Below the pieces are notes generated by a model. It worked only from the letters and a program-made list of their open reading frames with translations, ran no database searches and had not been told where the DNA came from. A stretch of DNA of 64,000 bases from Octopus vulgaris (Eukaryota): assembly GCA_951406725.2 (NCBI GenBank), contig OX597823.1:99696001-99760000 (forward strand). The letters run 5' to 3'. The translations under genes and the position numbers were made by a program. Positions 25,945 to 38,935 of this stretch are shown here, one piece after another (position 1 is the first letter of the stretch; each line of letters begins with the position of its first letter).

Positions 25945-26633
25945 AAGAGGCCAGCAACAGCTTTTTCATGGGATCAGCTGAGTTATGAACCAGTCAGCAT
26001 TAAGACATCACTTGAGGCATCTTTCTAGAAGTCGTTAGAATGAGCCCTTATAGACAGGCGTGTTTTGAGTGCCAAACTTTGGTTTGTGACCACCTGCACA
26101 GTTGTCACCAACGTTAACTTATCATAATGGACATAAAATGAAGGAATTGAAATGCTGGTAGTTGAGCTGGGATCAGGCTACACAGAATGAAGGCACAACA
26201 CTCGTGGACGGTTAGCAGACAGTCTTATTTCATTGCACAAATATTTTCCAGGCTGGTCTTGAATTAAAAACACAACAAAGTTTACTCACCAGAAGGATAA
26301 TTCTGTAGCTTCTACAAATTGTTGATCAAGATGGCTATGTAATTATGTTACCAAGACAGGAGAAAATATACACAATTAGGTTCATGTCAGTGAACTGTAG
26401 CTGCTTTCTTGATTGAGTAAAGAGTCATAAGAACAACTGGAAATGCAGCAAAATGAAAATATGGTTGGCTGAGCTGCAGGTGGTCACAGACTGAACTTAG
26501 GTGCTCAAAATGTGCCTTTTTATAAGCTTTGTAAAAGGATGCTCTAGTGGCTGCCAGAAAGATGCATAATGTGATTGTCAGGTGCTGATTGGTTCATAAC
26601 TCAACCAATTACATGATAAATCTGTTGCTAAGC
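25945..26633. mobile_element. Old non-autonomous DNA transposon or foldback with about 165-bp degenerate terminal inverted repeats
   Basis: AGCAACAG / CTGTTGCT, TGAGTTATGAACCAGTCAGCA / TGCTGATTGGTTCATAACTCA and TGTGACCACCTGCA / TGCAGGTGGTCACA are colinear inverted matches. Confidence 0.75.
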
Positions 26634-27235
26634 GATGATTTTTAACTTGGCAATTTGTCGATTTGGTTTCAAATCTTGCTACAGTATATGTTTATATTCC
26701 AATATCTTATTGCAGACTACTTGATTCTTCATTTGTATTGTGAGAAATCAGATCTTGTTAACTCTACTGATCTTCTCTTATCTACTGTCTACATTTAGTA
26801 TTCTAAAACATACTGTCACAATTTTGACTGTTACCAGTGTTTTTCAGTATAAATTTTGGTTAGTTTTTCCTATTACATTTTCTGTAATGAAACATCTAAG
26901 GTGATGTGACCCCACAAATCATTGAACTCCTATGAAGAATTCCTAACACTTTTATTGATTTCAGTCTTCAGGCAGTGGCCATGCTGAGGACACTGTCTTC
27001 AATCATTTAGTTAATTACATTAATCCCAAGATTTTGTCTGTTGCTCTTTTTATCAACTTTGAATGTAGGAATGGCAAATGTGATTTGTAAAGGGTATTTT
27101 GTCCAATGCTGTACCATTTCGATTATCCTCCTTTTCATACACACACACTCATTTGATGGACTTTTACTCACCAAATTTTAACAAGACTTAGGTTGAGCCA
27201 TGGCTGTGATAGAAGAAAGACACTTGCCCAGGGTG

Positions 27236-28355
27236 TGTGAGGACATATTTGGTAATTTGATAAAATAATTCTAATCTAACAAAAACCAAACCTATTTTAA
27301 TAAAAATTTGTTTTTGTTATTAAGTGTTTTTTTATAAGATTATTCTGTGAATCTACCCCAAGCTTTGATGACTGCTTCAGTGTAGGACTGAAATCATTGA
27401 CATGCCCTGCATTGAATGGTCTTGGCTCATTTTGGACACCACCTTAGATAATGGCAGCAGCATTCAGGATGTTGATTAGTTTCCTTTCCAACAACATTCC
27501 AAATGTAATGATCCATGTGATTTCAAACCTGGCATGTTTGGATGTCACTAATTTGGTGCTACATGAGCGTCAAGATTGTCTGACACCTATTTTTGAGCTA
27601 CATGGTCTTTGTGAGAAGGTGCTGTGGGCTTCCTTGGTGTGCTTTACACATCCATGCAGAGCTTAGCAATTATCTCCATCATCTAAGTGTACTCAGCAGC
27701 CTTAAATTCTGTGGAAAGGTGGTGTGAGGTGGCTTGATATGACCTTCATTCTCTTCATTACTAAATCCACCACGGTTGCTGGAAACTTGGTGTGTGCCTC
27801 ATTGCAGGTATCAGAAAGATCTGCACATAACCACCTGTCATTTTTCCTGTAGACTTTTCATCAGAGAAGAACCAAATCACACCATGTTTGTGAAGGTTAT
27901 TAACCAGAAGTAACCATTTGGCATGCATCAAACAGTCTCCCAGTGTCATTGCAGACATGACTTGGCCTCTCCTCCGTACATACATTTCCTCTGGAATTTC
28001 TTTTGGGATGTCCCACATTGGTTTTCCTGGATCATCATTGATAATGGTTTGAACCTGTTAGATGAAATGTGATATCCTTTTAGTGTCTTTTTTTTTCTTT
28101 TCAATAGAGTTGTTTCATTCCTGCCAGAGGCTTCCAATTCCATCCAAAGTTTAAGATCTTGTAACATTTGGAAAGTCATTGAATTTCTAAATCACTGTGT
28201 TCTGTACATCTGGCAACTGTGACTGCTTATCTTTCCATTTCTTGTGTCAACTTTTTTATCTGTCATAGATGACCTGAAAGAAATATAAGTCTTTTAATTA
28301 ATCGGTTTGGAGAGATTGATACACTGGTAATCAAGTTTCCTCAATTACCCCTCAC
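27236..28355 (-). mobile_element. Decayed Tc1/mariner-superfamily transposon, maT/DD37D-like
   Basis: Minus-strand peptide VIWFFSDEK and downstream HTKFPATVV; loosely matching TIRs (TGAGG..A.TTGAT) at both ends; many stops and frameshifts. Confidence 0.72.
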
Positions 28356-28426
28356 TATATATATGTGTGTGTATGTGTGCGTGTGTATCATCATCATCAT
28401 CGTTTAACATCCGCTTTCCATGCTGG

Positions 28427-28479
<53 letters not shown>

Positions 28480-28486
28480 CATCCAA

Positions 28487-28855
28487 GTGTTCATGGCTGT
28501 GTGGTTAAGAAGTTTGCTTCTCAATCACCTGGCTTCCGGTTCATTTCAACTGATTGCTACCTTGGGCAAGTGTCTTCTACTATAGCCTCGAGCCAATGAA
28601 AGCCTTGTGAGTGACTTTAATAGATGGAAACTGAAAGAATCCTATCATGTGTGTATGCTTGTGAACTAGTGTCACTGCCAGACAAGCATTGTCATTCATT
28701 TCCAATATTCAGCAAGAACATGTCTAGCCCTGGTGGGTGAGGGGGAATATTACCTTGCTTGGAAGTAAATGAGGGTTGGTGACAGGAAGGGCATCTAGCC
28801 ATAGAAAATCCACTTCAGTAAACTCAATGCAAGCTTGGCAAAATGAATATTCTAA
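28487..28855 (+). mobile_element. SINE family A
   Basis: ATGGCTGTGTGGTTAAGAAG head, ACCTTGGGCAAGTGTCTTCTACTATAGCC core, AGGAAGGGCATCTAGCC tail. Confidence 0.85.
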
Positions 28856-29334
28856 CAATAACACCACCCCACACACATATATACACTCTCTCTTTTAATC
28901 AAGTTTGAAAAATGTGTCCATAACAGGATCTGCCAAGTATGAGATATTTTAAGAAGATTAGAAATTAACTGAGAGGATTAAACCAATTGATAGAATTCAT
29001 TTATTTAGGGTTTTATTTTTACTCTAACCTAATGTATTGAGAAATTTAGAAGCTCTTCATTAAATGCTTCCATGTGTATTGCTAATGTAGTCCATATTTG
29101 GTTATGTTTGGAAGTGATAGAAAATATGTGAAATTTTTTTTTTTTTTTTTTTTTTGCTTTGATCAAATGGTTAAATAAAAACTGCATCCATAACAATTGT
29201 CGGGGTGGGGTCAGAGACAGTTGGGAGGAAAAGAGGAGGTTATTCATAAAGTGGTGACTCGATTTGAATGCTTGCAACAGAGTGAATTAATTCTACTAAA
29301 GGTATTCAAAGACCAAGGGTGTGGTGTTAAAATG

Positions 29335-29540
29335 TTAATCCAGGGGAGAGGTTAAGTCTGACATCCAAGAACTCAAAACCTGCCGCTTCCAACATTTTAA
29401 CAACAATCCTACCAATCCATTGCCTTGGACACCCAAGAATTGAAAATCAAAGTTAGGAATTGAACTCTGAGCACAGAAGTCCAAAACAAACATGACAAGT
29501 TTGTTTGTTCTCTGTTCTAACAACTCTGTCTGTCTGCTGC
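29335..29540 (-). mobile_element. SINE family B, decayed
   Basis: GAATTGAACTCTGAG motif and GGGGAGAGG end. Confidence 0.45.
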
Positions 29541-30544
29541 CTGAAAGTTATAAGCAAACGGATCTGAATATGTTTGTAATTCATTCTTCTACTCTTTTAG
29601 ATTAAAGAAGACTTCCTTGGCTTTTAAGCAAAGCAGTATATCATTGGACACTATCTCTTAGGGTGGAAGGAATTGACATTAATTTTGTAGGCCTTCATTC
29701 ATAGATTGGCGAGAATGGGGAGACCAGTGCCATGCTTAAGTATTTGCATGGGAAAAGTGGGGGAAGGAATGAAGCAGTTTGGTGCTATTTACAACAGAGT
29801 AAATTCTGCTAAAGGCAGAATGATAGGAAGAAAACAGGCAGTGGCTAGTGGTTAAGGATCTGCCTGTTAATATGATCACAGAAGCATTTATATCAGTTTT
29901 CAGAATTACTTGTAATTTTTTCCTTTTTTTTTTTTTTAAATGTCTACATATTTTATGTAATTCCTTTTGATGAGTTGCCATTTTCATTATTGTCTGAAAT
30001 AACCAAGTCATTAAATCGGATGAGGAATTCATTTCAGCCATAACTGTGCTATTTAGTAACATTACATTATTTTATCTCTTCCCCAAACACAAGTAGTATT
30101 TTAGCTTAATCCATTCACATAGTGTTTTCACTCCATCTATAGCTTTTAGTTGTTCTTATTGAGAAAGCCTACTCAACCCTGCTTGAGCAGAGGATCAATG
30201 CAAAAAACTTATCTCTGGTGCAATCTGCAATTCCAGAATACCAAATGTGCTTCTTTCTAATTTAATTTGCAAACATTGCCATGTATTATTCAGTCTTTGC
30301 TCGTGTAGCAGATGGTGACTTAATCAGTGTGTATTGGGTTTAATTTGTTGTCACCCAGTGTTTAACAATAACAATAATAATAATAATAATAATAGTAGTA
30401 GTACTAAGCTTGTGAGAAGCAAATCCTCTCTGATCTTGCTGTAAGTGTCTGGAGTCTGGGAGAATGATATGGTTTTTGTCTATAAAGCAGAAATATTCAC
30501 TTTCTAAGAGAATGAAATAGACTTAGTTTTATTAAAGAATGTAT

Positions 30545-30900
30545 GCAAGCATGGCTGTGTGGTTCAGAAGTTTGTTACCTGCTACATGTTTTCAGGTTCA
30601 GTCCCAATGCACGACACCTTGAGCAAATGGATTTGGTTGACAGAACCTAAAAGAAGCCAGTCATCCTGTTTTGTGTGTGTGTACAGAGAGAGAGAGGTAT
30701 CATAAATAAGCATCAACATCATACAAGCAGCATCATTCATCTCCAATCTTTTGTGAAAACATGTCTAGTCATGGGGAAATATTTTGCATGAAAACATTTG
30801 GTGGGATGGTTTACAGGAAGGGTATGTGACCATAGAAAAACACTGCCTCAATGAATTTCATCTGATTCATACAAGCAAAGCAAATTGGGTACGAAAATGA
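30545..30900 (+). mobile_element. SINE family A
   Basis: GCATGGCTGTGTGGTT..GGTTCAGTCCC..ACCTTGAGCAA; AGGAAGGGTATG tail. Confidence 0.8.
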
Positions 30901-31910
30901 TACAGTGACTGAATATTACTGACAATTAAACTTTGACCAGGACACTTGCAATTAGCCATCCAATGGCCAGTAATAACCCTCAGTACCCATTGGTGTCTCT
31001 TCTTTAGTGGACTTCTTCATTCATGCATGTCTGATTGCAGCATTTGTATTAATGAGCGAGATATTTGTGTAAAAAAAGAAAAGAAAAAAAGAGCTACCTA
31101 TTTATTACCTGTTCTTTGATCTTGGCCATGGCATAACCTGTAAGAAAAGAATCTAAATTATTTACTGGTCTGTGGGTAAGTTATGAAAATATAGAATTTA
31201 ACTTGGCTGATGGTATTCTTTGAATATGTTTTTCTCTTGAAATAAAAAGAAACAGAACTCAATGTGGAATAATGGTTTTACTTGAGATTTGGTATGGAGT
31301 AGTCTATACTCAATATATCGTATGTAAATCCACAGTTGCTGGTTTCAAGAACATACCTTCTCTTTCTTGCACATTTAACTCTTTCATACTTTGCTTTCTT
31401 CTTCCTTTTCTCTGCTTTCTTTTTCTGTTTCCTATTCATGTCCTTCCTCTTATTCTCTCTCACTATCCTTTCTTTTTTCCTTTTTCTTTTTTTATTGTTA
31501 GTTCTTCTAGTCTTGGGGCATTGGATATTGTTCAAAAACAACAAAACAACTTTTTCTTCATTATCCATTCCCTACTTGTTTCATACCAATGATCTCTGTT
31601 GTCTTTGATGTCCAGATGGATTTTTGGCTTAGTAGAAGAATGTCACTGTTCAATGATCCTTTTATTACAAATGCTGCATGTTTATTCTTTCCTGTTGTCA
31701 ACAGCTTTTAGAAACTGGTCTCTCTCATCTACTGACAGACAAGTTGTAAAAGTGTGCTTTCTGCAGAGTCATCATCCATTTTCTATGCATTCATTGTTTT
31801 GACAAGTTTGTAGAATCCCATTCTCTCTCTCTCATATAATTTATAAAATTTGTATATAAAAAAAACTTCATTAGTTAATGAATGTCTTTAATTCCAGATA
31901 TGTAAGTATA

Positions 31911-32113
31911 TTAACACTTTTAATACCAATTTACATGAGACCATCCTAGTTCTGTCAAAACTTCCTGTTTCAAAGTAATCTAATCAAAATCTTCCTTTAA
32001 AATTTCATGTTTTGTACCAAACACCACCTCCTCAAAAAAATGACACGATCATTAAATTCTTTGTTATTTTCAAAGTTAATTGAAACAGAAGCACTGTATT
32101 TCAACAGGGTTAA
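31911..32113 (-). mobile_element. TTAA MITE family P1
   Basis: TTAACACTTT...CAGGGTTAA ends; reverse complement of the P1 body. Confidence 0.72.
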
Positions 32114-32144
32114 TAATTCATATTCCTTTCTTTTTCTTCTTCAG

Positions 32145-32207
32145 ATTCCAGGAGCCATGAAATTGCCATGGAGGAAAATAAGCATTGTTCACAAAAAACA
32201 AATATAG
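32145..32207 (+). CDS. Candidate symmetric phase 1-1 coding exon (63 nt): (D)SRSHEIAMEENKHCSQKTNI; internal gccATGg at 32168
   Basis: Strong acceptor ttcctttctttttcttcttcag|, donor TAG|gtaatt, length a multiple of 3, frame compatible with the 2308 donor. Confidence 0.6.
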   Translation: MPGAMKLPWRKISIVHKKQI

Positions 32208-32626
32208 GTAATTCAGGAATTTTATTGTTTTAGAATTAACCTTCTGTGTATTGCTTACACAATATTTTTCTCTGATAGCTTTAAATTTAATTTTACATCT
32301 CACAAGATTTTTGGAAAATAGTGATTTAAAACTCATCAGTTTTTTTCCATAACTGGCAAACATTCTTTATGTTATGGCATTTTTACTTCTATTTCAAAAG
32401 TTAGGAGATGTGTTAGAGTTTCTTTAAAAGAAACAATGGTTTGTAGATGTCAAAATACCAATTATAACAATTTTCTTGAAACTATATCCATGTTTTCGAA
32501 TTATTCCAATTCCAGTTTGCATGGTAAGGTGAATATTACATTTTTTCATTTTACTTTTTACATGAAATTTTCCTTGCTATCAGGGTTTGACAAAATGTGA
32601 TAAATTTGTATAAGTGGTAAATTAGA

Positions 32627-33375
32627 TGGCTGTGTGATTAAGAAGTGCAATTTACATCCACATGGCTTTAAGTTCAGTCCCACTGAGTAACGCTGGGTAA
32701 GGGTTTTCTACTTTAGCCCTGAGCTAACCGAAGTCTTGTAAGTGGATTTGGTGGGCAGAAACTGAAAGAAGCGTGTCCTGCATATGATATACACATATAA
32801 AATTTGTAATAATAAGGTCAAAACAAATGATATTTTCAAAGCATTTAACACTACATTTCAGCACTTGCATAACACACAATAGGAACTACATCCCCTTGAA
32901 ATGAACCTATTAAATGCTTTTAAAATATAACAAATAGTATGGCTTGATGCCAGTGCAAACTAGGCTGTCCTCACTCCATTTACATGGATACTCTTACAAG
33001 GATTTGAAGTGGCTTGTTGTGTTTGGTTCAAGCTAAAAATTCTGTTACTGTGCATTGCTCCTAAGCAAAACACAAAATATATATTTGTGTATGTGTGTGT
33101 GTCCTTTCCGTGGCCTAGCAGGATACTTGGCAGGGAGTGTCACCATCGTGCAAGCATTTCTAACCTTCTGTAGAAACATGCCCAGCCAAGAGGAAATGTT
33201 AACTTAGAAACTGGTGAGGGTTGCCCAGCCAAGAGGAAATGTTAACTTAGAAACTGGTGAGGGTTGATGTGAAGAAGGGCACCTCACTGTAGAAAATTGC
33301 CCTTAACAAATTCCATTTGACCCATGCAAGTATGGAAAAGCAGATGTTAAAATTTGATAATGCTGCTACTGATGA
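32627..33375 (+). mobile_element. SINE family A split by inserted sequence (5' part 32627-32775, 3' part about 33100-33375, with a 43-bp tandem duplication at 33179-33264)
   Basis: ATGGCTGTGTGATTAAGAAG..AGTTCAGTCCC..GAAACTGAAAGAAGC; tail GAAGGGCACC..CCCATGCAAGTATGGAAAAGCAGATGTTAAA. Confidence 0.7.
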
Positions 33376-34279
33376 AGATAGAGCCTTAAAACACAAGCAG
33401 ACATTTGAAAGCAAGAAATGGGAATCAGAAGAGATCCCATTTACCTCTGAAAGCGTGCAGCTGATAGTGCAATACTTTAATCACACAAACATCTGAGATA
33501 AAATACAAAGGATCAAAGCATTATCTGCTGTCAGAATTAAGCTATTATTAACGAGAAACCATAACACCTGTAGTCTTTTGTCACCTTATGCAAAATATAA
33601 ATACTTTGAGTGTGTGTAGATGAAACAAATTGGGTACCATTTCTGCTTCATAATTGAATTGTTAGTGATAAAGAAGATCATTATGAAATCAGCCACACCA
33701 ATTTTACAAATATTGCACCATCATCATCATCTATCAACTATGACCTGTGCTTGCAATGATGGATAATCTACATATTCTACTCTATCTCAGTGCTCTAAGT
33801 TTATCAGCAGTCATAGTATTACTGTTCACATTCAGAGGCTTGATCATGTTTTGGGAAGAACTCCCACATTCTCCTGTATATTTTTTAAAATCTTTCAGTC
33901 AGGAGAGAAGGCAGTAGTTACTTGTCTTTACTGGCCCTCTGAAATTGGTTGGCTGGAAATAAAGTTGGTATTTTTAGGCTGGAACCTGGCTCAAATGCTT
34001 TCCAGGGTGAGTTCTGCTAAAGGCATCCCCAGTGCCAGGTAGTGGCGTTATACTAAGTGACAGATGAAATCTACCATCTAAATAAGCCATGGTGGGATTT
34101 GAACAAACACAAATACTGGATCAAATACTGAAAAGGCATCTAGTCCAATGTACCCACAATTCATGAAGGGACATCAACATCACTGCCATGGAAGGGCCAG
34201 CAAATGTCCTGGGTAGTACTCCATTTCTCACTAAATTAAGACAAACAAAATTCTAGTGCAATTTTGGCAGGCATGACCT

Positions 34280-34500
34280 CATCATCATCACAGTTTAGCA
34301 TCTGTGTTCCTTGCTGGTATGGGCTGGATGGCTTGACAGAATCCGGAAAGTCTGAGGACTACATAATGCTTCAGTGTCTGCTTTAGCATCATTTCAATGG
34401 GTAGCTGGCATTAAGAATGACATCCATTTTACAGAATGTCTTGGCCACTTTTTGTGGCACCAGCAGTAGTGAGGCTGCCATGCGACTTGCAAATCTAAAA
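34280..34500 (-). mobile_element. Family D-like repeat, decayed
   Basis: (CAT)n..GTTTAGCATCTGTGTTCCTTGCTGGTATGGGCTGGATGG. Confidence 0.55.
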
Positions 34501-34741
34501 TCCCCTTTGACTAATGGAGAGACTGCAGTGGAGAGGAAGGTAGCTTTATGCTTGGAGATAAAATATAGGAAAAGAGGCCAGAACAGAAACAGAAGTGGTG
34601 GCTGCATCAGGTGAGACATGGGATTAAGGAGTGAGAAAGACTGAGGATAAAAGAAGAATGGCTGAGGCCATGGAATTTGGGTTTTTTTTCTTCACTATGA
34701 AATATTTATTGAAGATAGCTCTTTGGAGAAAGAAAAGAGTG

Positions 34742-34968
34742 TTTAAAGCTCCAGTATTTAAACCAACCCTATCTCACACCAAATATTGTACCTATCTTAT
34801 GTTCAAACTGACAATATCTATAGCCTGTCTCACTTACCCTATATTTTAATTGTAAACAATCCCATCGTTGAAATCTTGAAGCTACAAGATAATGAATGAT
34901 TAATTAAAATAATGTGATTAAATAAGCATTGTATTTGACAGAATAATAATCTATGCTAACAGGTTAAA
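34742..34968 (+). mobile_element. Second TTAA MITE family, decayed
   Basis: Ends ATGCTAACAGGTTAA; left end TTAAAGCTCCAGTATTTAAACC is degenerate. Confidence 0.45.
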
Positions 34969-35096
34969 TTTGTTATTAGCAGGTATCCTCTGGTGCTCCC
35001 TGTGCATTGTTGGCATAGTATATTCAACCATATTGTTTCTTAACTATGGCTAATATTAAAAAAAGAAAAAGATTAGGTTTATTTTTGTAAGCTTCA

Positions 35097-35354
35097 ATGA
35101 ACGATTTTGTTACCATATTTCTAATGACATATACTCTCCAACTGTTTTAAATAATTTTTCATACACAATCAAGAATTTGGAGGGGTTTAGTATTATTATT
35201 ATTATTATCAATGTAGTGTTAGGAACCTAAAAAAAAAAGGTTCTGGATGAAACTTTTGGTGGAAGCTTTAAATTTAATCGTGAACACTTCAAAGTGTATA
35301 TTTTTTGTATCATTAGACAAGGGTGGTCACATGGGTTGGAATCAAAAGGTTTAA
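35097..35354 (+). mobile_element. TTAA MITE family P1, decayed
   Basis: TTTGTTACCATATTTCT...GGGTTGGAATCAAAAGGTTTAA. Confidence 0.6.
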
Positions 35355-35455
35355 ATTCCTTTGTTCTTTGTTTCTCAAGAAAATATTATGTAATGGAAAA
35401 TAATCAATAAAGAATTGTGAACTGTTTAAAAATTTGGATTTACTTTTTTGGTAAG

Positions 35456-36022
35456 TGCAGGCATAGCTGTGTAGTGAAGAAGCTCTCTTTATGTGTGCAT
35501 GGTTCCAGGTTCAATCTCCACTGTGTGACACCCTGGACAAGTGTTTTCAACTATAGCCCTGGGCTGACCAATGTTTTGTGAGTGAAATTGGTAGCTGGAA
35601 ACTGGGGAAGCCCATCGTGTGTATGTGTTTACACACACACACACAATGTCCATAATGTTTTTACAATTGAAAACTTCAGAAAAATCAAGTTGTACTTAGC
35701 TTTATTAAAAACAACAGAATATTTCCACGTGAACTTCATTGGTTGCACCCAACACACCCAGATAGTACAATAAATTGTGGAAGTGGTTCTGATAATTTAT
35801 GAACACCCTATATATATATCTGTGTGTGTTTGTTTCTCCCCCTCCATGCACACACACACACCACTTGACAACTGGTATTGGTTTGTTTACATCCCTCCAA
35901 CTTAGTGAGTGGTTCAGTAAAAGAGCTTATAGAATAGTACCGGACTTAAAAATAAGTACTGGATTCAATTTGCTTGACTAAACCATTCAAGACGGTGCTG
36001 CAGCATGGCCATAGTCCATTGT
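35456..36022 (+). mobile_element. SINE family A with interrupted middle
   Basis: 5' GCAGGCATAGCTGTGT..GGTTCAATC..ACCCTGGACAAGTG; 3' GACGGTGCTGCAGCATGGCCATAGTC. Confidence 0.72.
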
Positions 36023-37247
36023 CTGCCCAGAAGGTATGTTTTAGCTGGATACTTTTCGTAATGATAATCTGGATCCCCTGTTGAGAATCTCCCAGTTAAT
36101 TTGAAGCAGCTTCTCCTGTTGAGAGTTTTCAAATCAAAAGTTTAAGGCAGAAAATTCCTGTAAATAGAGAGCGAAAGCAAAATAGGATTTTAAATAGGAT
36201 ATGTTGATGAAATTAATTAGTGATTTTGTTTTGTTTTTAATTGACAAGTTAATCAATTTAAGCTTAATGAAGCTAGAGAAATTGAGACAGTTACTTAAGG
36301 GTTGTAAATTTGTCATTTTATTGAACAAAGTAAACAAAAGTTTTCTTAATCTAACTGGTTTGAGTCCTGTCATCATAATCTTATATATTTGCAGAATATT
36401 GGAAATGAATGACACTGCTTGTATGACACTGACACTCATTTATGACTTTCACATTATGTCAGGGCACTCCTACAAACACACACACACACACATATATAAA
36501 TCCCTTCCCAGCTAAGCTTCTAGTTCTTCTGTCCCTACACACTTCTACTCGCCTTCTAGCTTGAAGGAGCCACCCAGACCACTTCTGTTTATCTCTTTGC
36601 AGCACTAACATCTTTGTCATCTTCCCAGTTACAGTTAGCCACCCTTATATAATGTAGGGTAGTCATATATCTCTTCCACAGCAGGATACCTGCCTCTCTA
36701 TCATACTTTGTCTCTCAACATCTAGTATAAAGTCACCTCTTTCTTTACTGCAGCTTCACTTAGTTGAGGTGGGGAGGGTCCTCTTTCTGCTTTGTCTTGC
36801 CAGTTACTTGATGAGATCCTGAATAGTGCACTCAGTAAAGTGGTTGGCATTAGAAAGAGCAGCCAACTGTAGAAACCAGGCCAAAGCTGACAATGGCAGT
36901 AAGCGCAGACCTCCAACTTGGTGGATCCTCTTTAAATATCCAACCCAGACCAGTATGGAAGGTGAACATTATAGGATGATATTCATGTATTTGTATCTAT
37001 CTGCAAATATCAAGGTTTTGCCTACTTAGATTATAACTTGAAATATAAATTATTAAAAATAAAAGTAAATTGTTTCTAATTCAGTTCAAAGATGTTAATT
37101 AAGGAATCCAAAGAGTTTAGTCACAATTTCCAGTGCCTTTCAATTTGAATGTTAAATCACAATGCTATCAATTCCACCGCCTGTGATGTCAGCTTCTCAA
37201 CTGTGATACAAAAATTTTACTTTCATTCATTGTTATTACAGAGTGAG

Positions 37248-37278
<31 letters not shown>

Positions 37279-37280
37279 TG

Positions 37281-38155
37281 TATGACAGGCATTCAAAAAG
37301 TAATCAATTTTATATTTTCCCATCAAATCTAATGCTGTGTGAGCAAAATCCTTTGGGGGTGGGGGGAGGTGACACCACCATTCCTGTGCATGCATGAAAA
37401 TTTTTGTGCTGGTAGGCCATGTCTGTTCCTGGCTGTTACACCTACAGTACAAAAGTGTAGTGCACACTCACTTGGGTTTTGTTCCCACCAAACGAATCGA
37501 ACAGAGATATTGCATCAAGTTTTGCCAAAAGCTTGATGATATTCCAACTCAAACACCATCAAGAAGATTCAACAGATCTTTGGCGATGATGCCATGGGCA
37601 AAACTTAGATCAAGGTGTAACTGCACCTCAGAGGAAAGCTAGGCACATTAAGGCAGGCCATCCAGAAGCTGAAATGAGGAACCGATTAAGAAGTTTTGGT
37701 GGATAGTCATGGAAGACTGCCATGTAACAATCCAGGAAATTGCTCACAAAGTGAGAATAAGCACAGGGTTAGTGCATTCTATTTTAATGGAGGATTTGTG
37801 CTTGTGGAGGGTGTTGGCAAAATTCATCTCCATGGTACTGGCAGAACAGCAGAAGCAACTTTGCATGGAAATTGTCCAAGATATGCAGAATTGTACAAAC
37901 CACGACCAAAACTTCATGAAGACCATCATCACTGGTGATAAGACATGAGTTCATGGCCTCTGCTCTGACGGGCACACACTACATGTCTGTACTCTAGGCA
38001 TAACAGCCAGGAATTGACACAGCCTACCAGCATGAAAATTCTCACATATGTGCAGGAAGGATGGCATCACCACCCACCCAAAGGATTTTGCATATTTAAC
38101 ATTAGTTTTGGCAGGAATAAAAAAATCAAGTCAGATGCCTTTTGAACGCACCATA
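37281..38155 (+). mobile_element. Internally deleted mariner element with about 180-190-bp inverted arms and a transposase N-terminal pseudogene
   Basis: EQRYCIKFCQKL, TIQEIAHKVRISTGLVHSILMEDL and FMKTIITGDKT (mariner TGDETW motif); TA flanks; arms 37281-37470 and 37975-38155 are inverted copies. Confidence 0.9.
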
Positions 38156-38935
38156 TATATATATATATATATATATAAATTATAATTGAGGGTATTTAAA
38201 AGATACCACCATGCTAGAGACAGCAGTCAAAACTTGACTCTAAAACCACATCAAATATTCATACAACACCAGGATAGATAAAGAGACTAAACTAGCAAAA
38301 AATTATTGGATAATATATAAATTTGTGTGTGTGTGTGTGTGTAAAAGAGAGAGAGAGCTACTTGTCCATATATTTGCTTTGCAGCTGTGGTTTCAAATGA
38401 AAACATTCAGATTGCTGTGAGTATGTTTTGAAGAAGAGTTGTTTGAAAAATGATACGTTTGTATTATATCTGAATTGATAGTTACTGCAACATGGTTCAG
38501 AATTTGAAATTTCGCTTTAATGGGGTGAATATGTTAGGAATCCAGTAATTTTGTTAACCGTGCAGTTTGTATTTTGTGTGTGTTTGAATGATGTCACTTA
38601 AAATATGATGGAAAGTTTCACTATTTATAATTTTTTGTACATAACTTAAAGTGGTGTTGTTTTCCTTAGAATTTTGGGAATCATAATTTTTGCAATGGTA
38701 TTTTAGATCTTGTTTCTGTGGTTGATTAGCTTCAGGTCAACTCTGATTAAAGTGATTTGGCCACAAGTATTCCATCTTTAATTTTTTCAGACCTGTGTAT
38801 CTTGAGCTACATTTTCCAATGTGTCCAGGATGTGATTTATGTGAGAATTGGTTGATATTTCTAACAGATTTTGTGATTATTTCTGATAGCAGAAACTATT
38901 TTCAAACTAGATTCTAAAGTAATGCCTTCTTGCTG

